Shown: positions 42,280 to 52,672, counted from the first letter of the stretch. The stretch: 64,000 nucleotides of DNA from an uncultured Verrucomicrobiae bacterium (GCA_963719495.1 CAVRCI010000013.1:448001-512000); one strand, 5' to 3'. Notes: generated by a model from the letters alone, not told the origin. Translations and numbers: made by a program.

Positions 42280-44046
42280 TCACCGCATCAGGTAAACCAC
42301 CTGAGTCCCCGAAGTCGCCACCGGCGGACTCATCTCTCCCAACCGCTCGCGCCAAAACTCCGACCGCCCCGCCTCGGTCACCAGCGCCACGCCCGCCCCC
42401 TCGCGCCAAAGCCCCGCGAACTCCCCGACCGTCAGATATCGGTCGCGCCCCAGACCCTCCGTCCGCGTCAGAAAATCCTCCTCGGGATTCTGCCCGATGA
42501 GCGTCACCTCATCCCCGACGTAGAACAGCAGGCTGCTTCCCGTATCGACCCCACCGTCGTAAGCGATCCGCACCCCGCGACGCGCCAGCTCCCGCAAAGT
42601 CGGAGCCATCTCCGCGACCGAAAAATACGGCGCCACCCGCGCGTATCCCGCCATCGCGCCGAAGCTCAAACTCGCCGCCGCCAGCATCACCGCCCGCATC
42701 GCCATCATCCGCCGCCCCCCGGCCAGCATCGCCAGCGCCCCAACCAGCGCCACCAGCGCAAATCCCAGACTCAGCCGCCCCAAGTGCGCCAGCGAACCCC
42801 AGAGCTCCCCGTCGAGTCCCACCATCGTCGTCCAAGCCGTCGCCCGCTCCGCCACCGCCGCCGAATCCCCACCCCCCACCATCGGCAGCACCACCAACGC
42901 CCCGGCGCAAACCCCACCAAACGCCACCACCCCGACCCACGAAATCCCCCGCTCGACCACCGCCGCCACCGCCAGCGCCAAAGCCGGCCAAGCGACCATC
43001 GCGTAATAATCCTGCCGCTGACCCGCCACCAGCACCGCCAAAAAGACCACCCCCACCCAAACCGCGACAAAAACCGCCGCCCGCGAAATCTCCCGCCCAC
43101 AAAACTTCGATGCGGCCGCATCGAAGTTTTGTAACGGCGTCCGCGTGTCCACCTGCGGAGTCTTCAACCCCAGCCGCACCGCCTCCGCGATCCCGATCAC
43201 CGACCATGGAAAAAGCCACGCCAGGTGCAGTAGCAAAAATTGCCCACGCGGCACGTTCGTGTAGCTCGTCGCCGGCGCCGCGCTCCCCGCCACGTGCCCC
43301 CACTGTTCGACCCAGAACAGATTCGCCAGCACCCCCGGGTACCGTGACTCGATGAACCAATACCAAGGCACGTTGATCAGCAAAAAGATCCCCACCCCCA
43401 CCACCGAAGCCAGCCGCCACGCCCGCGCCCGCCATTCCGCGACCACCAATGCCGACATCCCCACGATCACCAGCGGAAACACCAGCCCGTGCAATCCCTT
43501 CGTGAAAACCGCCAACCCGGCGAGCACCCAGAACCCCACCACCCATCGCCGCCAAGCCGCGTCGCCGACCATCACCGCCCGCAACCCGCAATAAATCGCC
43601 CACGCGATGAACGCGCAGAAAACCGGTTCCGGCATCACGATCCGAGCCAGTGTCGCCGTCCCCAGACTCGTCAACAGCACGATCCCCGCCACGAATCCCC
43701 GCCACGCCCCACCCAGCAACCCGCCGATCGCAAAGGTCGCCAGCACCCAGGCCGTCACCCCGATCGCGTTTGGTAACCGTGCCGCGAATTCGTCGATCCC
43801 AAACACTCGCATCGACCCAGCGATCATCCAGTAAAGCAGCGGCGGCTTCACCAGCCGGGGCACCCCATTGTTCTGCGGAATCAGCCAATCCCCCCAGTCG
43901 CCACCCTCCGCCATCACCCGCGCCGCACCCGCGTATTGACCATCCGTCTCGTTGTAAAGCGCCCCCCAGCCCGCCGACTGAATCTGCATCACCGCGCACA
44001 GCACGAAGAGAATGACCGCGAACCCCGCGGCGGCGGACCATTTCAC
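42280..44046 (-). CDS. ArnT/PMT-like (GT-C) membrane glycosyltransferase
   Basis: ARVM...KPPLLYW...EFAARLP...TKGLHG; many TM segments. Confidence 0.88.
   Translation of the reverse strand: MKWSAAAGFAVILFVLCAVMQIQSAGWGALYNETDGQYAGAARVMAEGGDWGDWLIPQNNGVPRLVKPPLLYWMIAGSMRVFGIDEFAARLPNAIGVTAWVLATFAIGGLLGGAWRGFVAGIVLLTSLGTATLARIVMPEPVFCAFIAWAIYCGLRAVMVGDAAWRRWVVGFWVLAGLAVFTKGLHGLVFPLVIVGMSALVVAEWRARAWRLASVVGVGIFLLINVPWYWFIESRYPGVLANLFWVEQWGHVAGSAAPATSYTNVPRGQFLLLHLAWLFPWSVIGIAEAVRLGLKTPQVDTRTPLQNFDAAASKFCGREISRAAVFVAVWVGVVFLAVLVAGQRQDYYAMVAWPALALAVAAVVERGISWVGVVAFGGVCAGALVVLPMVGGGDSAAVAERATAWTTMVGLDGELWGSLAHLGRLSLGFALVALVGALAMLAGGRRMMAMRAVMLAAASLSFGAMAGYARVAPYFSVAEMAPTLRELARRGVRIAYDGGVDTGSSLLFYVGDEVTLIGQNPEEDFLTRTEGLGRDRYLTVGEFAGLWREGAGVALVTEAGRSEFWRERLGEMSPPVATSGTQVVYLMR
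43099..43132. repeat. 34-bp perfect palindrome inside the ArnT-like gene
   Basis: ACAAAACTTCGATGCGGCCGCATCGAAGTTTTGT. Confidence 0.95.
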
Positions 44047-44468
44047 GAAAGCTCGAGCGAGAAATTATCGGGGAACCCCTTCGGCAGCCGCATCGGCCGC
44101 CCTTCCGGCATCCGCACCAACGCCAACGCCTGACGACAGGTCACGAGCAGCGCCTCGTCGCGCGGACGCACGACCTCGAATTCGCAGAAAAACCGTACCT
44201 TCGACGACTCGGCGATCCTCCCATCGATCCGCACCACGTCCCCCAGCAACGCCGGCCGCCGGTAGTCGATCTCCGTCCGCGTCACGACCGGATGCACCTG
44301 AGTCCGCGCAATTTCCTCGAAGCTCATCCCCATTTGAATGGCCAGCTGCGTCCGCGCGATCTCGATGAACCGCAGGTAATTGATGTTGTGCACCACCCCC
44401 GCCGCGTCCGTGTCGAAATACATCACCTGCATCTCCGTGCGGATCCGCGTCTTCGGATTGTCGTCCAT
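44043..44468 (-). CDS. YbgC/FadM-like acyl-CoA thioesterase
   Basis: FDTDAAGVVHNINYLRFIEIAR. Confidence 0.9.
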   Translation of the reverse strand: MDDNPKTRIRTEMQVMYFDTDAAGVVHNINYLRFIEIARTQLAIQMGMSFEEIARTQVHPVVTRTEIDYRRPALLGDVVRIDGRIAESSKVRFFCEFEVVRPRDEALLVTCRQALALVRMPEGRPMRLPKGFPDNFSLELS

Positions 44469-44776
44469 CGCCCCAAGTATGCGACCCACCCCCGCAACCT
44501 GTCCACCCCACAAGCAACCCATGGAGGGCGAGGCTCCCGCCAAGCCAAGGCGGCAAACAGGAATCACGATCTTCCAAACCCCGCCGCATCGGCAATCTCT
44601 CTGCGAGTGAGATTGAAAGTGCTTCCAAGGCTGAGCCTAAAGGTGCGAGCGAGATTGGGATCAGCGCGCCAGCCCGCGTCGAGCCGCGATTAAACCCTCC
44701 CTCGGGTGGCCGTGATACCACCCGCGCGGAGAAGCAAATCTCCGGCTAACCTCGATGTTGGCGGCGGAGCGCCCCA

Positions 44777-44834
44777 ACCAATCCATTACCTGGAAAATGT
44801 GACGGCCGTCACATTTTCCAGGTAATGGATTGGT
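44777..44834. repeat. 58-bp perfect palindrome
   Basis: ACCAATCCATTACCTGGAAAATGTGACGG|CCGTCACATTTTCCAGGTAATGGATTGGT. Confidence 0.95.
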
Positions 44835-44969
44835 GGTCAGGTCCTCGGAAGAGCCCGGGCCTTACCGCTGGCGAGCCGGAGCTTGCCCGTCGGAAGGCCG
44901 CGGATCCGGGGGTCCCCGGACGGGGAGTGGCGAGCGAACGAATGAACGAACGAACGAATGAATCCGCTC

Positions 44970-45003
44970 CCGATAAAACGTAACGGCCGTTACGTTTTAT
45001 CGG
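44970..45003. repeat. 34-bp perfect palindrome
   Basis: CCGATAAAACGTAACGGCCGTTACGTTTTATCGG. Confidence 0.95.
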
Positions 45004-45293
45004 TCGACTCCGCGGGAATTGGGGGGGGTGTTTGGATGAGGCGGGAGACCCGATGCTGCGAGGCCTTGGACCGTGGCGATCTCCCACGGACTCGTCGCCA
45101 GCCTCCTGGCGTCCCCTCGGTCAGGCGTTCGTGGCGGTTACGAGATTCTTCTTCCGATCAGGACGCGCTTTCGATCACACCTTCTCTCCTCACCCCCCAA
45201 TTCCCCAATTGGGTGCAGGACAAAAATCTCTGAAAAAGCATTTAAGCGAGGTATTTTTACTGCCAAAGTATATGCGTTTACATATACGTTTGA

Positions 45294-45635
45294 TTGATGA
45301 ACCCAAATACCGCACCTCGTGCCATCCTTGATCAAATCGCGGCCATCGACCGCATGGAGCGAGGAAAGCTCTCGGTGATCCGTCAAGGCCAGAGCGGATC
45401 TTACTTCAATCTCCAGCGTAGGGAGGGTGGGCGAAACGTGACCGAATACGTCCCGGCCGATCAGGTGGCCCAAGCCCAGGAGAACATTGATGCCCATCAT
45501 CGCTTCCAGTCTCTTGTCGGCGAGTATGCGGACTTGATCACCGCGCAGAGCAGGCAGGATCGCAAGGCCGGGGCTAAAAAAAAACGCCCGACCCAAACAT
45601 CTGCCTCGCCCAGGAAGCGGAAATCCAAGACCTGA
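45294..45635 (+). CDS. IS accessory ORF (DUF6788-like)
   Basis: MERGKLS...YFNLQRREGGRNVTEYVP...HRFQSL pattern recalled from IS-associated small proteins. Confidence 0.65.
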   Translation: MMNPNTAPRAILDQIAAIDRMERGKLSVIRQGQSGSYFNLQRREGGRNVTEYVPADQVAQAQENIDAHHRFQSLVGEYADLITAQSRQDRKAGAKKKRPTQTSASPRKRKSKT

Positions 45636-45682
45636 TCGCCGCGTTCCGCAGCAAAGAGCCAGCCGGAACTGCCGTCGCCGAG

Positions 45683-46936
45683 TTGGAAGTCCTCGTGCGC
45701 ACAGCCATCTTCAAACCAGCCAACGAACTGGTGGCCATGCTCCTGCAGCAAGCCGCCGAGCGCATTGACGCGGCCTACCTCCCCAAGCCCGGCGAACAAG
45801 CCAAGGGGCGCGAGGTTCTCATGGTCCAGGGCATGTTCGGCTCCTTCGCGCTGCTGCGCCAATACTACTACCATCCCGGGAAAAAATGCGGCCACTTCCC
45901 GGCCGATTCGGCCCTCGGTCTGGAAGGGGCCTACACCCCCGCCCTGGCCCGGCTCATCTGCTTGGAGGGAGCGGATGAAAGCAGCTTCCAGCAGGCTTGC
46001 TTCCACCTCGCGGAAACTGGCGGCATCTCCGTCTCCGAGCGCCAGATCCAGCGTGTGGTTGGCCGCACGGGCGAGTGCGCCGTGGCGTGGCAAAAACGAG
46101 AATCGGCCCCCGGCCCCTGCGAGGCCAGGATCCTCTACGTCAGCGCGGACGCCACCGGAGTGCCCATGCGCCGGGAAGAGCTCGCTGGCCGCAAAGGCAA
46201 AGCCCCCGACGCAAAAGCCAAAACCCGCATGGCCACGCTCGGTTGCGTCTTCACCCAGACCAAAGAAGATGACCAAGGTCGCCCCCTGCGCGACCACGAC
46301 TCCACCACCTACCTCTCCGCCTTCCAGAGCCCCTCGGACTTTGGAATCAGCCTGCGTCGCGAGGCCATTCGGCGCGGCTTGTTCTCGGCCCCGGAAACCG
46401 TCCTGCTCATCGACGGAGCCCCCGGCTTGGAAAAACTCGGGCACGATTACTTTCCGGATGCCGTCCAAATCGTGGACTTCTACCACGCCATGGAACACCT
46501 CCAGACCCTGATCGAAACCCTCTGGGGCAAAGCGGAGCAGGCCCGCAACAAGCGCCGCAGACATCACTGGAAAAAACTCCTCGCTCACGACGGGGTCGAG
46601 CGCATCATCAAGCAGGCGCGCCAGGAAGCCCTCCTTCGCGGCAATGTGGCACAGGTGGAAACCACTTTGGGCTACTTCGTGAACAACATCCCGCGCATGC
46701 AATACGGAACCTTCCGGGCCAGAAAATACTTCATCGGCTCCGGAGTCGTCGAAGCCGGCTGCCGCTCACTCATCGGAAAGCGATGCAAGCAATCGGGCAT
46801 GTTCTGGGGCGAGCCTGGCGCGGACAAAGTCCTCGCCTTCCGGTGCATCCATGCCAGCCGCAGAACGAACTCGTTCTGGAAATACCGCCTCAACTCACGC
46901 GCCGCTGAGAACGACACGCTCCCCCTCGCCGCATGA
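45683..46936 (+). CDS. ISKra4-family (UPF0236) transposase
   Basis: YVSADATG, IDGAPG, DFYHAMEHL, IGSGVVEAGCR, RCKQSGMFW. Confidence 0.9.
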   Translation: MEVLVRTAIFKPANELVAMLLQQAAERIDAAYLPKPGEQAKGREVLMVQGMFGSFALLRQYYYHPGKKCGHFPADSALGLEGAYTPALARLICLEGADESSFQQACFHLAETGGISVSERQIQRVVGRTGECAVAWQKRESAPGPCEARILYVSADATGVPMRREELAGRKGKAPDAKAKTRMATLGCVFTQTKEDDQGRPLRDHDSTTYLSAFQSPSDFGISLRREAIRRGLFSAPETVLLIDGAPGLEKLGHDYFPDAVQIVDFYHAMEHLQTLIETLWGKAEQARNKRRRHHWKKLLAHDGVERIIKQARQEALLRGNVAQVETTLGYFVNNIPRMQYGTFRARKYFIGSGVVEAGCRSLIGKRCKQSGMFWGEPGADKVLAFRCIHASRRTNSFWKYRLNSRAAENDTLPLAA

Positions 46937-47043
46937 TTTGAAGAATTTTGTCCTGCACCCTCCCCAATTCCACCCCCCAATTCCGCCGTTGACAACCCCT
47001 CCCCGCTCTGGAATCGTCCCCAACCCACGAATTCCCGAATCTC

Positions 47044-47217
47044 ATGAAACGCACCTACCAACCATCCAAGCGCACCCGCAAGCAACAGTTCGGCTTCCGT
47101 GCCCGGATGGCCACCAAAGGCGGTCGCGCCATTCTCTCCCGTCGTCGTCAGAAGGGCCGCAAGCGCCTCCTGCCGAAGGGCGTCGAGCTTCACTTCAAAC
47201 GTCACACCGCTGCCTGA
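47044..47217 (+). CDS. rpmH: 50S ribosomal protein L34
   Basis: Manual translation [42 protein letters not shown]...; TTGACA at 46989 upstream. Confidence 0.97.
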   Translation: MKRTYQPSKRTRKQQFGFRARMATKGGRAILSRRRQKGRKRLLPKGVELHFKRHTAA

Positions 47218-47584
47218 TTCGCGCCCGCTCCGGTTTCTCCGGGCGGCTCGATTAAATCAGAGCCACGAATTTTCCGCCGTGCGCGAGTGCGGCGAGACCA
47301 CCCAAGGCCGTTACTTCCGGGTGACGGTCCTTCGCTTTCCCGGCGAGGACTTCCCCGCCCGCATCGGCTTCATCACCTCCCGCCGCGTGGGCCCCGCCGT
47401 CGCCCGCAACCGGGTCCGCCGCCAACTCCGCGAGCTTTACCGCGTCCAACAACCCGACCTCGCCACCGGCGTCTGGATCGTCGTCGTCGGCAAGCGCGCC
47501 GCCACCGAAGCCGACTTCGCCACCCTGCGAGACGAATGGTTGCGTCTCGGCAGACGCCTTTCTATTGTCCCCAACCGCGAATGA
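47210..47584 (+). CDS. rnpA: Ribonuclease P protein component (start uncertain)
   Basis: [25 protein letters not shown] motif; operon position. Confidence 0.92.
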   Translation: MPDSRPLRFLRAARLNQSHEFSAVRECGETTQGRYFRVTVLRFPGEDFPARIGFITSRRVGPAVARNRVRRQLRELYRVQQPDLATGVWIVVVGKRAATEADFATLRDEWLRLGRRLSIVPNRE

Positions 47585-47847
47585 AACACCTGCTCCTGGC
47601 CCTCATCTACGGATACCGCATCGTGGTTGTTCCGGCGCTGCGGTTCATCGTGGGACCCGGCGGCTCCTGCCGCTACCAGCCCACGTGCTCGCGCTACGCC
47701 ATCGAGGCCATCGAGCTCCACGGCGCCGCGCGGGGCGGTTGGCTCGCGCTCAAACGAATCTGCCGCTGCCACCCTTGGGGTGGAATCGGCCCCGACCCGG
47801 TGCCACCGGTCGCCCCCGTCGATCACCGCCCCCTCCGGCAGGGCTAA
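47581..47847 (+). CDS. yidD: Membrane protein insertion efficiency factor
   Basis: [15 protein letters not shown]...[10 protein letters not shown]. Confidence 0.95.
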   Translation: MKHLLLALIYGYRIVVVPALRFIVGPGGSCRYQPTCSRYAIEAIELHGAARGGWLALKRICRCHPWGGIGPDPVPPVAPVDHRPLRQG

Positions 47848-47862
47848 ACTCCTCTTCACCAA

Positions 47863-49704
47863 ATGGATCGCAAAACCCTGGTCGCCATCGGCCTGTCAAT
47901 TCTCGCCTTCATCGCCTGGCAGTATTACTACAACGCCACCTATGGCGAATACCTCGACCAGCAGACCGCCGAGCGCGCCCGCCAAGCCGAGCAACAAGCC
48001 GCTCAGGCCGCCTCCGCCACCCCACCGCCCTCGGTCGCAGCGACGACCCCCGGGGTTCCCGCGACCAGCGCCACCGCCACTCCAACCCCCTCGGCCCCCA
48101 GGTCGACGATGGCCGCCCAGCGCGAGATCGTCAGCGCCGGCCCCGGTGCCGACTTCGAATTCAACAACGACCTCGGCGGCATCGACACGGCCATCCTGCT
48201 CCTCCACCTCGGCGAGAATCAGGAATCCGTTGGCATTAATCGTAACCTGCCGATTCCCATCGGCGCACTCGGTTTCGAGCCCGGCCAGCCCCTCGGCGGC
48301 TTCGAGATGAAAGTCGACCGCGTCATGCGGCGGGTCGTCTTCACCAACCAGCAACCCGACGGCCTCGAGATCAGCAAAACCTTCACCGTCTCCGATGGCA
48401 ACGCCGAAGTCTACGACGAGGAAGTCGCCTCCGATGACACCGCCCCCCGCAACGACCCCTACGTCGTCGACCTCGCCGTCACCTTCCGGAATACCGGCAC
48501 CACTCCCATCGCCCGCGATTCGTTCTATCTGAGCACCGGTGGTTCCGAGCCCATCCACGTCAAGGACCTCCCGACCTTCACCCGTTTCGACTGGTCGAAG
48601 GATGGCGAAATGGAGGACATCGACGTGAATTGGTTCGGCGGCTCCAGCATCCCGCTCGTCGGCATCTCGCTCCGCGAAGCCTCACCCCTCTACACCGGCG
48701 AGGCCGAGGCCATCCGCTGGGCCGCGGTCACGAGCCAGTATTTCTGCACGATCCTCACCGTCAACGGCGACACGGCCGGCAAGACCGTCACCGCCGAGCG
48801 CTTCGCGGTCCCGAACGACGAGGGCAAGACCATCTACGGCATGCGTGGTGCCCTCGGGATGCCTGGCTTCGAACTCGCCGCCGGCGAATCGACCACCAGC
48901 AAGTTCGAGATTTACACCGGTCCGAAGGATCTGACCCGTCTCCGCACCCTCGGCGGCACCCAGGAAGAGGTCATGAACTTCGGCATGTTCGGGTTCGTGA
49001 GCAAATTCCTGCTCTGGGCCATGAACCTTCTCCACGGCCTCTTCAACAGTTACGCCGCCGCGATCATCGTCCTCACGCTCTGCATCAAATCCGCCCTCTG
49101 GCCGCTCCAGAACAAGGCGACGAATTCGATGAAACGCATGTCGCTCCTCTCGCCGAAGATGACCGAGCTGCGCGAGAAGTATAAGGACGACCCGACCAAG
49201 ATGAACACGGAGCTCATGGGGCTCTACAAAAAGTATGGGGTCAATCCGTTCAGCGGCTGCCTTCCCATGCTCGTTCAGATCCCAATTTTCTTCGGTTTCT
49301 ACTCGATGCTCGGCTCCGCCATCGAGCTCCGCAACAGCTCGTTCCTCTGGATCAACGATCTCTCCCAGCCCGACACCGTCGGGCACTTCCTCGGATTCCC
49401 GATAAACCTTCTCCCGCTCCTGATGGCGGGATCCATGGTCTGGCAGATGGCCATCACGCCGAAGACCGGCGACAAGAACCAACAGCGCATGATGATGTTC
49501 ATGCCGGTCATTTTTGTCGTCTTCGCCTACAACTACGCGTCCGGTCTCTCGCTGTATTGGACAACGCAGAACATCTTTTCTATCGTCCAACTCTACCTCA
49601 CGCGAAACCAAGCCCTGCCGACCCTGGAGCCAAAGCCGCCCGCCGCCAAGCGCGGTCAGCCCGCTCCGGTTAAGAAAAAACGCCAGAAACGCTTCCTGCA
49701 ATGA
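47863..49704 (+). CDS. yidC: Membrane protein insertase YidC
   Basis: YTGPK, NPFSGCLPMLVQIPIF, FLWINDLSQPD, GLSLYW. Confidence 0.96.
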   Translation: MDRKTLVAIGLSILAFIAWQYYYNATYGEYLDQQTAERARQAEQQAAQAASATPPPSVAATTPGVPATSATATPTPSAPRSTMAAQREIVSAGPGADFEFNNDLGGIDTAILLLHLGENQESVGINRNLPIPIGALGFEPGQPLGGFEMKVDRVMRRVVFTNQQPDGLEISKTFTVSDGNAEVYDEEVASDDTAPRNDPYVVDLAVTFRNTGTTPIARDSFYLSTGGSEPIHVKDLPTFTRFDWSKDGEMEDIDVNWFGGSSIPLVGISLREASPLYTGEAEAIRWAAVTSQYFCTILTVNGDTAGKTVTAERFAVPNDEGKTIYGMRGALGMPGFELAAGESTTSKFEIYTGPKDLTRLRTLGGTQEEVMNFGMFGFVSKFLLWAMNLLHGLFNSYAAAIIVLTLCIKSALWPLQNKATNSMKRMSLLSPKMTELREKYKDDPTKMNTELMGLYKKYGVNPFSGCLPMLVQIPIFFGFYSMLGSAIELRNSSFLWINDLSQPDTVGHFLGFPINLLPLLMAGSMVWQMAITPKTGDKNQQRMMMFMPVIFVVFAYNYASGLSLYWTTQNIFSIVQLYLTRNQALPTLEPKPPAAKRGQPAPVKKKRQKRFLQ

Positions 49705-50156
49705 TCCAGACACCCAAGGAAATCCTCGACACGATCCTGGGCTACCTTGGTTTCGTCGCCGAAATCAAAGAAATGGACCGCGACGGCAGCCCCGTCCTCC
49801 AGGTTTACACCCAGGAAGCCGAGGCCCTCATCGGTCGGCAGGACCAGACCCTCGGCGACCTCCAATTCATCGTGAACCGGATCCTGCACATCCAGCAGCC
49901 CGATTCCCCCAAGGTCATCGTCGACGTCGAGCACCACCGCGACATGCGCGACGACGCCCTCATTCACAAGGTCCAGCAGCTCGCCGAAGGCGTTCGCCAG
50001 GGCGGCCACGCCGCCCAGACCGAGCCGCTCAACTCCTACGACCGCCGGATCGTTCACCAGGCCTTCGCCGAGGACCCCGACATCGAAACGTCCAGCCCAA
50101 AGGACGCCTCGAGAGTCAAGCGAGTCACCATCCGCCGAAGCCGCCCAGCGCCCTAA
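49701..50156 (+). CDS. jag: Short Jag/KhpB-like KH-R3H RNA-binding protein
   Basis: LIGRQDQTL, PLNSYDRRIVH; follows yidC. Confidence 0.85.
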   Translation: MIQTPKEILDTILGYLGFVAEIKEMDRDGSPVLQVYTQEAEALIGRQDQTLGDLQFIVNRILHIQQPDSPKVIVDVEHHRDMRDDALIHKVQQLAEGVRQGGHAAQTEPLNSYDRRIVHQAFAEDPDIETSSPKDASRVKRVTIRRSRPAP

Positions 50157-50270
50157 GCGCGCAGCGCTTCCGAAAAAGGTAGGGCAGCCGGGCCCCGGGT
50201 GCCGTGATCCTCTCACAGCGGCAACGCATCCCCGCTGGATTCCAGTTCACGAAAGACCTAACGTCACCCG

Positions 50271-50723
50271 ATGCGCATCCTCCCCCTCCTCGCAATCTGC
50301 CTCGCCCTCGGCGGCTGCCTCGCCACCCCGGTCGGCAAATCCGGCGGCATGGGATCCGTCACCGTCCCGAACACCAACCGCCTCGCCATCGTCGACGCCG
50401 CGCAGGACATTTTCCCGGATTACGGCTACACCACCGGCCCCGCGAGCTTCCCGGAGAGCATCTCCTTCGACAAACCCGCCGGCACTGCCGGCCAGATCGC
50501 CTACGGCTCCTACGACGACCCGGCCACGATGCGGGTCCGCCTCACCCTCTCTCCGATCCCCGGCACCAACGACGTCCGCGTCAGCCCGACGGTCTTCAGC
50601 GTGAGCGACGCCAACGAAGCCGGCTTCGACGACCCCACCCGCCGCTCCCAACTCTTCGCCCTCGAGTTCAAACCAATCCTGAATCGAATCAAAGCCCAGG
50701 CCGCCGACGCCGGGCCGATGTGA
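50271..50723 (+). CDS. Hypothetical lipoprotein
   Basis: Lipobox-like LALGGC after a hydrophobic leader. Confidence 0.75.
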   Translation: MRILPLLAICLALGGCLATPVGKSGGMGSVTVPNTNRLAIVDAAQDIFPDYGYTTGPASFPESISFDKPAGTAGQIAYGSYDDPATMRVRLTLSPIPGTNDVRVSPTVFSVSDANEAGFDDPTRRSQLFALEFKPILNRIKAQAADAGPM

Positions 50724-50727
50724 CGCA

Positions 50728-51921
50728 GTGAAATCGATTTTACGCCAGCTTTTCGCCGTTTCACTGTTGATCGGCGGCAGTGGTGCGGCGACCGCCGCAC
50801 CGGGCGGCTACTTCGAGACCTCGTTCGAATCGAAAGAATCCTACCCGGGTGGCCCGCTCGCCAACCCCGACCTCCCCTGGCGCGTCCTCACGGGATCCGC
50901 CGAGATCGTCGAAGGCTCGCCGAGCGACGGCGCCCAATCACTCCGCCTCCCGCCCTCCGACCCGCTGGCCCGCCTGCGACTTCAGTCCCGCACCCTGGCC
51001 GCGTCGCCGACTCTCTTCCTCGACTTCTGGATTCGTCCTCCGGCCACCGACGTCGACGCCGAGTTCCTCGATTTCGACGGCGCGCTCGTCTCGTTTCGCC
51101 GCGTCACCGGCCCGGACCCGACGGGTGAAATCAGCGTCTTCCACGCCACCTCCGACACAGAGGGCTCCTGGATCGCCACCGGCCAAAGCTTCCCGCTCGC
51201 CGCCGACGGCCAGTCGAAAGATTGGATCCGCGTGACCGTCCTGCGGGACCACACGACCGGCAGCTGGCACCTCTACCTCGACGGGATCATCGCCTTCCAA
51301 AACGTCCGCGCGCTCCCAACCGACGATTCGTCCGTCCGCTCCATCTGGATTCTCGGCGACGAAGCCGCCCCGCTGGACCTCGACGATTTTTACCTCGGAG
51401 CAGCCAGCCCGTTTCTCCACCGTCCCGCGATCACCGCCAATCCGCCCCCAACCCTCCCCTCCCGCTCGACACTCCCCCAGACCATCGGGCCACGGGTGCG
51501 CCCGAACCGGGTCGATTGGAACCCGAAAAACCAACCACCCAGCATCCTCACCGAACCCGAACTTCGTGGCTACACCTTCGAAGGCAAACAGGGCGACGAC
51601 GTCAACGTCGCCAAGCGGGTCGTCAACTTCCTCGACGGCTCCGACAAACTCCACGTCGCCGCCTTCGGCCTCCGCCGCGACGAGGAAGGCAATCCGCTCC
51701 CCATGGACCTCACCTTCACCGCCGACGTCCAGCTCCGCCCCGGCACCGACCTCCGCCGCATCTTCTGGGAAGTCCGCACGCTCCCAAAAAGCTTCACCGA
51801 ACCCCGCATCGAAGGCGACCTCCTCCAGCGGGGCAACTTCGACGGAACTCTCGCCCGCGTCGTGACCGTCCCCGGCGAAGACGTCGCCAAAGGCCTGTCG
51901 GTCAACGTGACCGTCGATTGA
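50728..51921 (+). CDS. Hypothetical secreted beta-rich (ConA/LamG-like) protein
   Basis: Signal peptide; WIRVTV...WHLYLDG...LDDFYL pattern. Confidence 0.65.
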   Translation: MKSILRQLFAVSLLIGGSGAATAAPGGYFETSFESKESYPGGPLANPDLPWRVLTGSAEIVEGSPSDGAQSLRLPPSDPLARLRLQSRTLAASPTLFLDFWIRPPATDVDAEFLDFDGALVSFRRVTGPDPTGEISVFHATSDTEGSWIATGQSFPLAADGQSKDWIRVTVLRDHTTGSWHLYLDGIIAFQNVRALPTDDSSVRSIWILGDEAAPLDLDDFYLGAASPFLHRPAITANPPPTLPSRSTLPQTIGPRVRPNRVDWNPKNQPPSILTEPELRGYTFEGKQGDDVNVAKRVVNFLDGSDKLHVAAFGLRRDEEGNPLPMDLTFTADVQLRPGTDLRRIFWEVRTLPKSFTEPRIEGDLLQRGNFDGTLARVVTVPGEDVAKGLSVNVTVD

Positions 51922-52100
51922 GAATCGAGGGCAAGCGCCCCAGCGCCCCAACCGTCAAAAGGTAGGGCAGCCGGGCCCCGGGAGCCGTGACATCCTCTCA
52001 GCGGGTCCAACCCCACGCCCACCCGTTGGCACGCCACCCAACTCGAACCCAAGCGCCCTTCGCGCCCCCGCGTCACCAATCAGCTCAGCCGGTAAACCTG

Positions 52101-52257
52101 AAAAGAAAATGAGACAGGATTAACAGGATTAACGGGATGATCAGGAATGACTGATGAGGCGGGGATTGTTCACCCTCTGAGTGAGCGGGGACTTTGTTCG
52201 AAGTCACTGAAATTCAATCCCTTCAATCCTGGAAATCCTGTCCATTCCGGGATTTAG
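52101..52257 (+). repeat. Dispersed MITE-like repeat, copy 3
   Basis: GACAGGATT...AATCCTGTC inverted ends; similar to 5096-5255 and 9693-9794. Confidence 0.7.
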
Positions 52258-52295
52258 GTTAAAACGGAGGCCAGCCTTGACGATGCGGTGCGCAA

Positions 52296-52622
52296 TCACC
52301 CGGTCACCGAAGGGATCATGAGGGCGAACAGGAAGGTTGCGAGAACCGAAACGCCGAGACACCAATACCCCAACCGACGTTCCGGTCTCTGCTGAATTCG
52401 CAGAGCGACGATGGTCGCGACAAGCAGAACGAATCCAGTCAGACCGACGCTCGGATAGATCCAGCCGTATCCGTCGACGAACTCCAGATCCGCCCGAAGC
52501 ATCCAGCAGCCGAGCAGGATCGGGAAATCCAACATCGTCGTCGCGGCGAGCAAAAGAATCCGCGGCCCCAGGTCCGAGCCAAATCCCCGGTCGACGGGCG
52601 TGATGAGTTCGTCTTCGATCAC
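52296..52622 (-). CDS. Small hypothetical membrane protein
   Basis: Three hydrophobic segments; start uncertain. Confidence 0.45.
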   Translation of the reverse strand: MIEDELITPVDRGFGSDLGPRILLLAATTMLDFPILLGCWMLRADLEFVDGYGWIYPSVGLTGFVLLVATIVALRIQQRPERRLGYWCLGVSVLATFLFALMIPSVTG

Positions 52623-52672
52623 GAAGCAATTTAGACATGGTTTTCGGCAAATGAGAAACAAGTCGGATATTC

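Larger units (their letters stand above)
45211..46960 (+). mobile_element. ISKra4-family insertion sequence, intact
   Basis: TIRs GGGTGCAGGACAAAA / TTTTGTCCTGCACCC; 9-bp target duplication TCCCCAATT. Confidence 0.92.

Noticed and set aside
44777..44834. Protelomerase telRL site or retron msd
   Set aside because: No protelomerase or reverse transcriptase in the window, and shorter sister palindromes point to a repeat family
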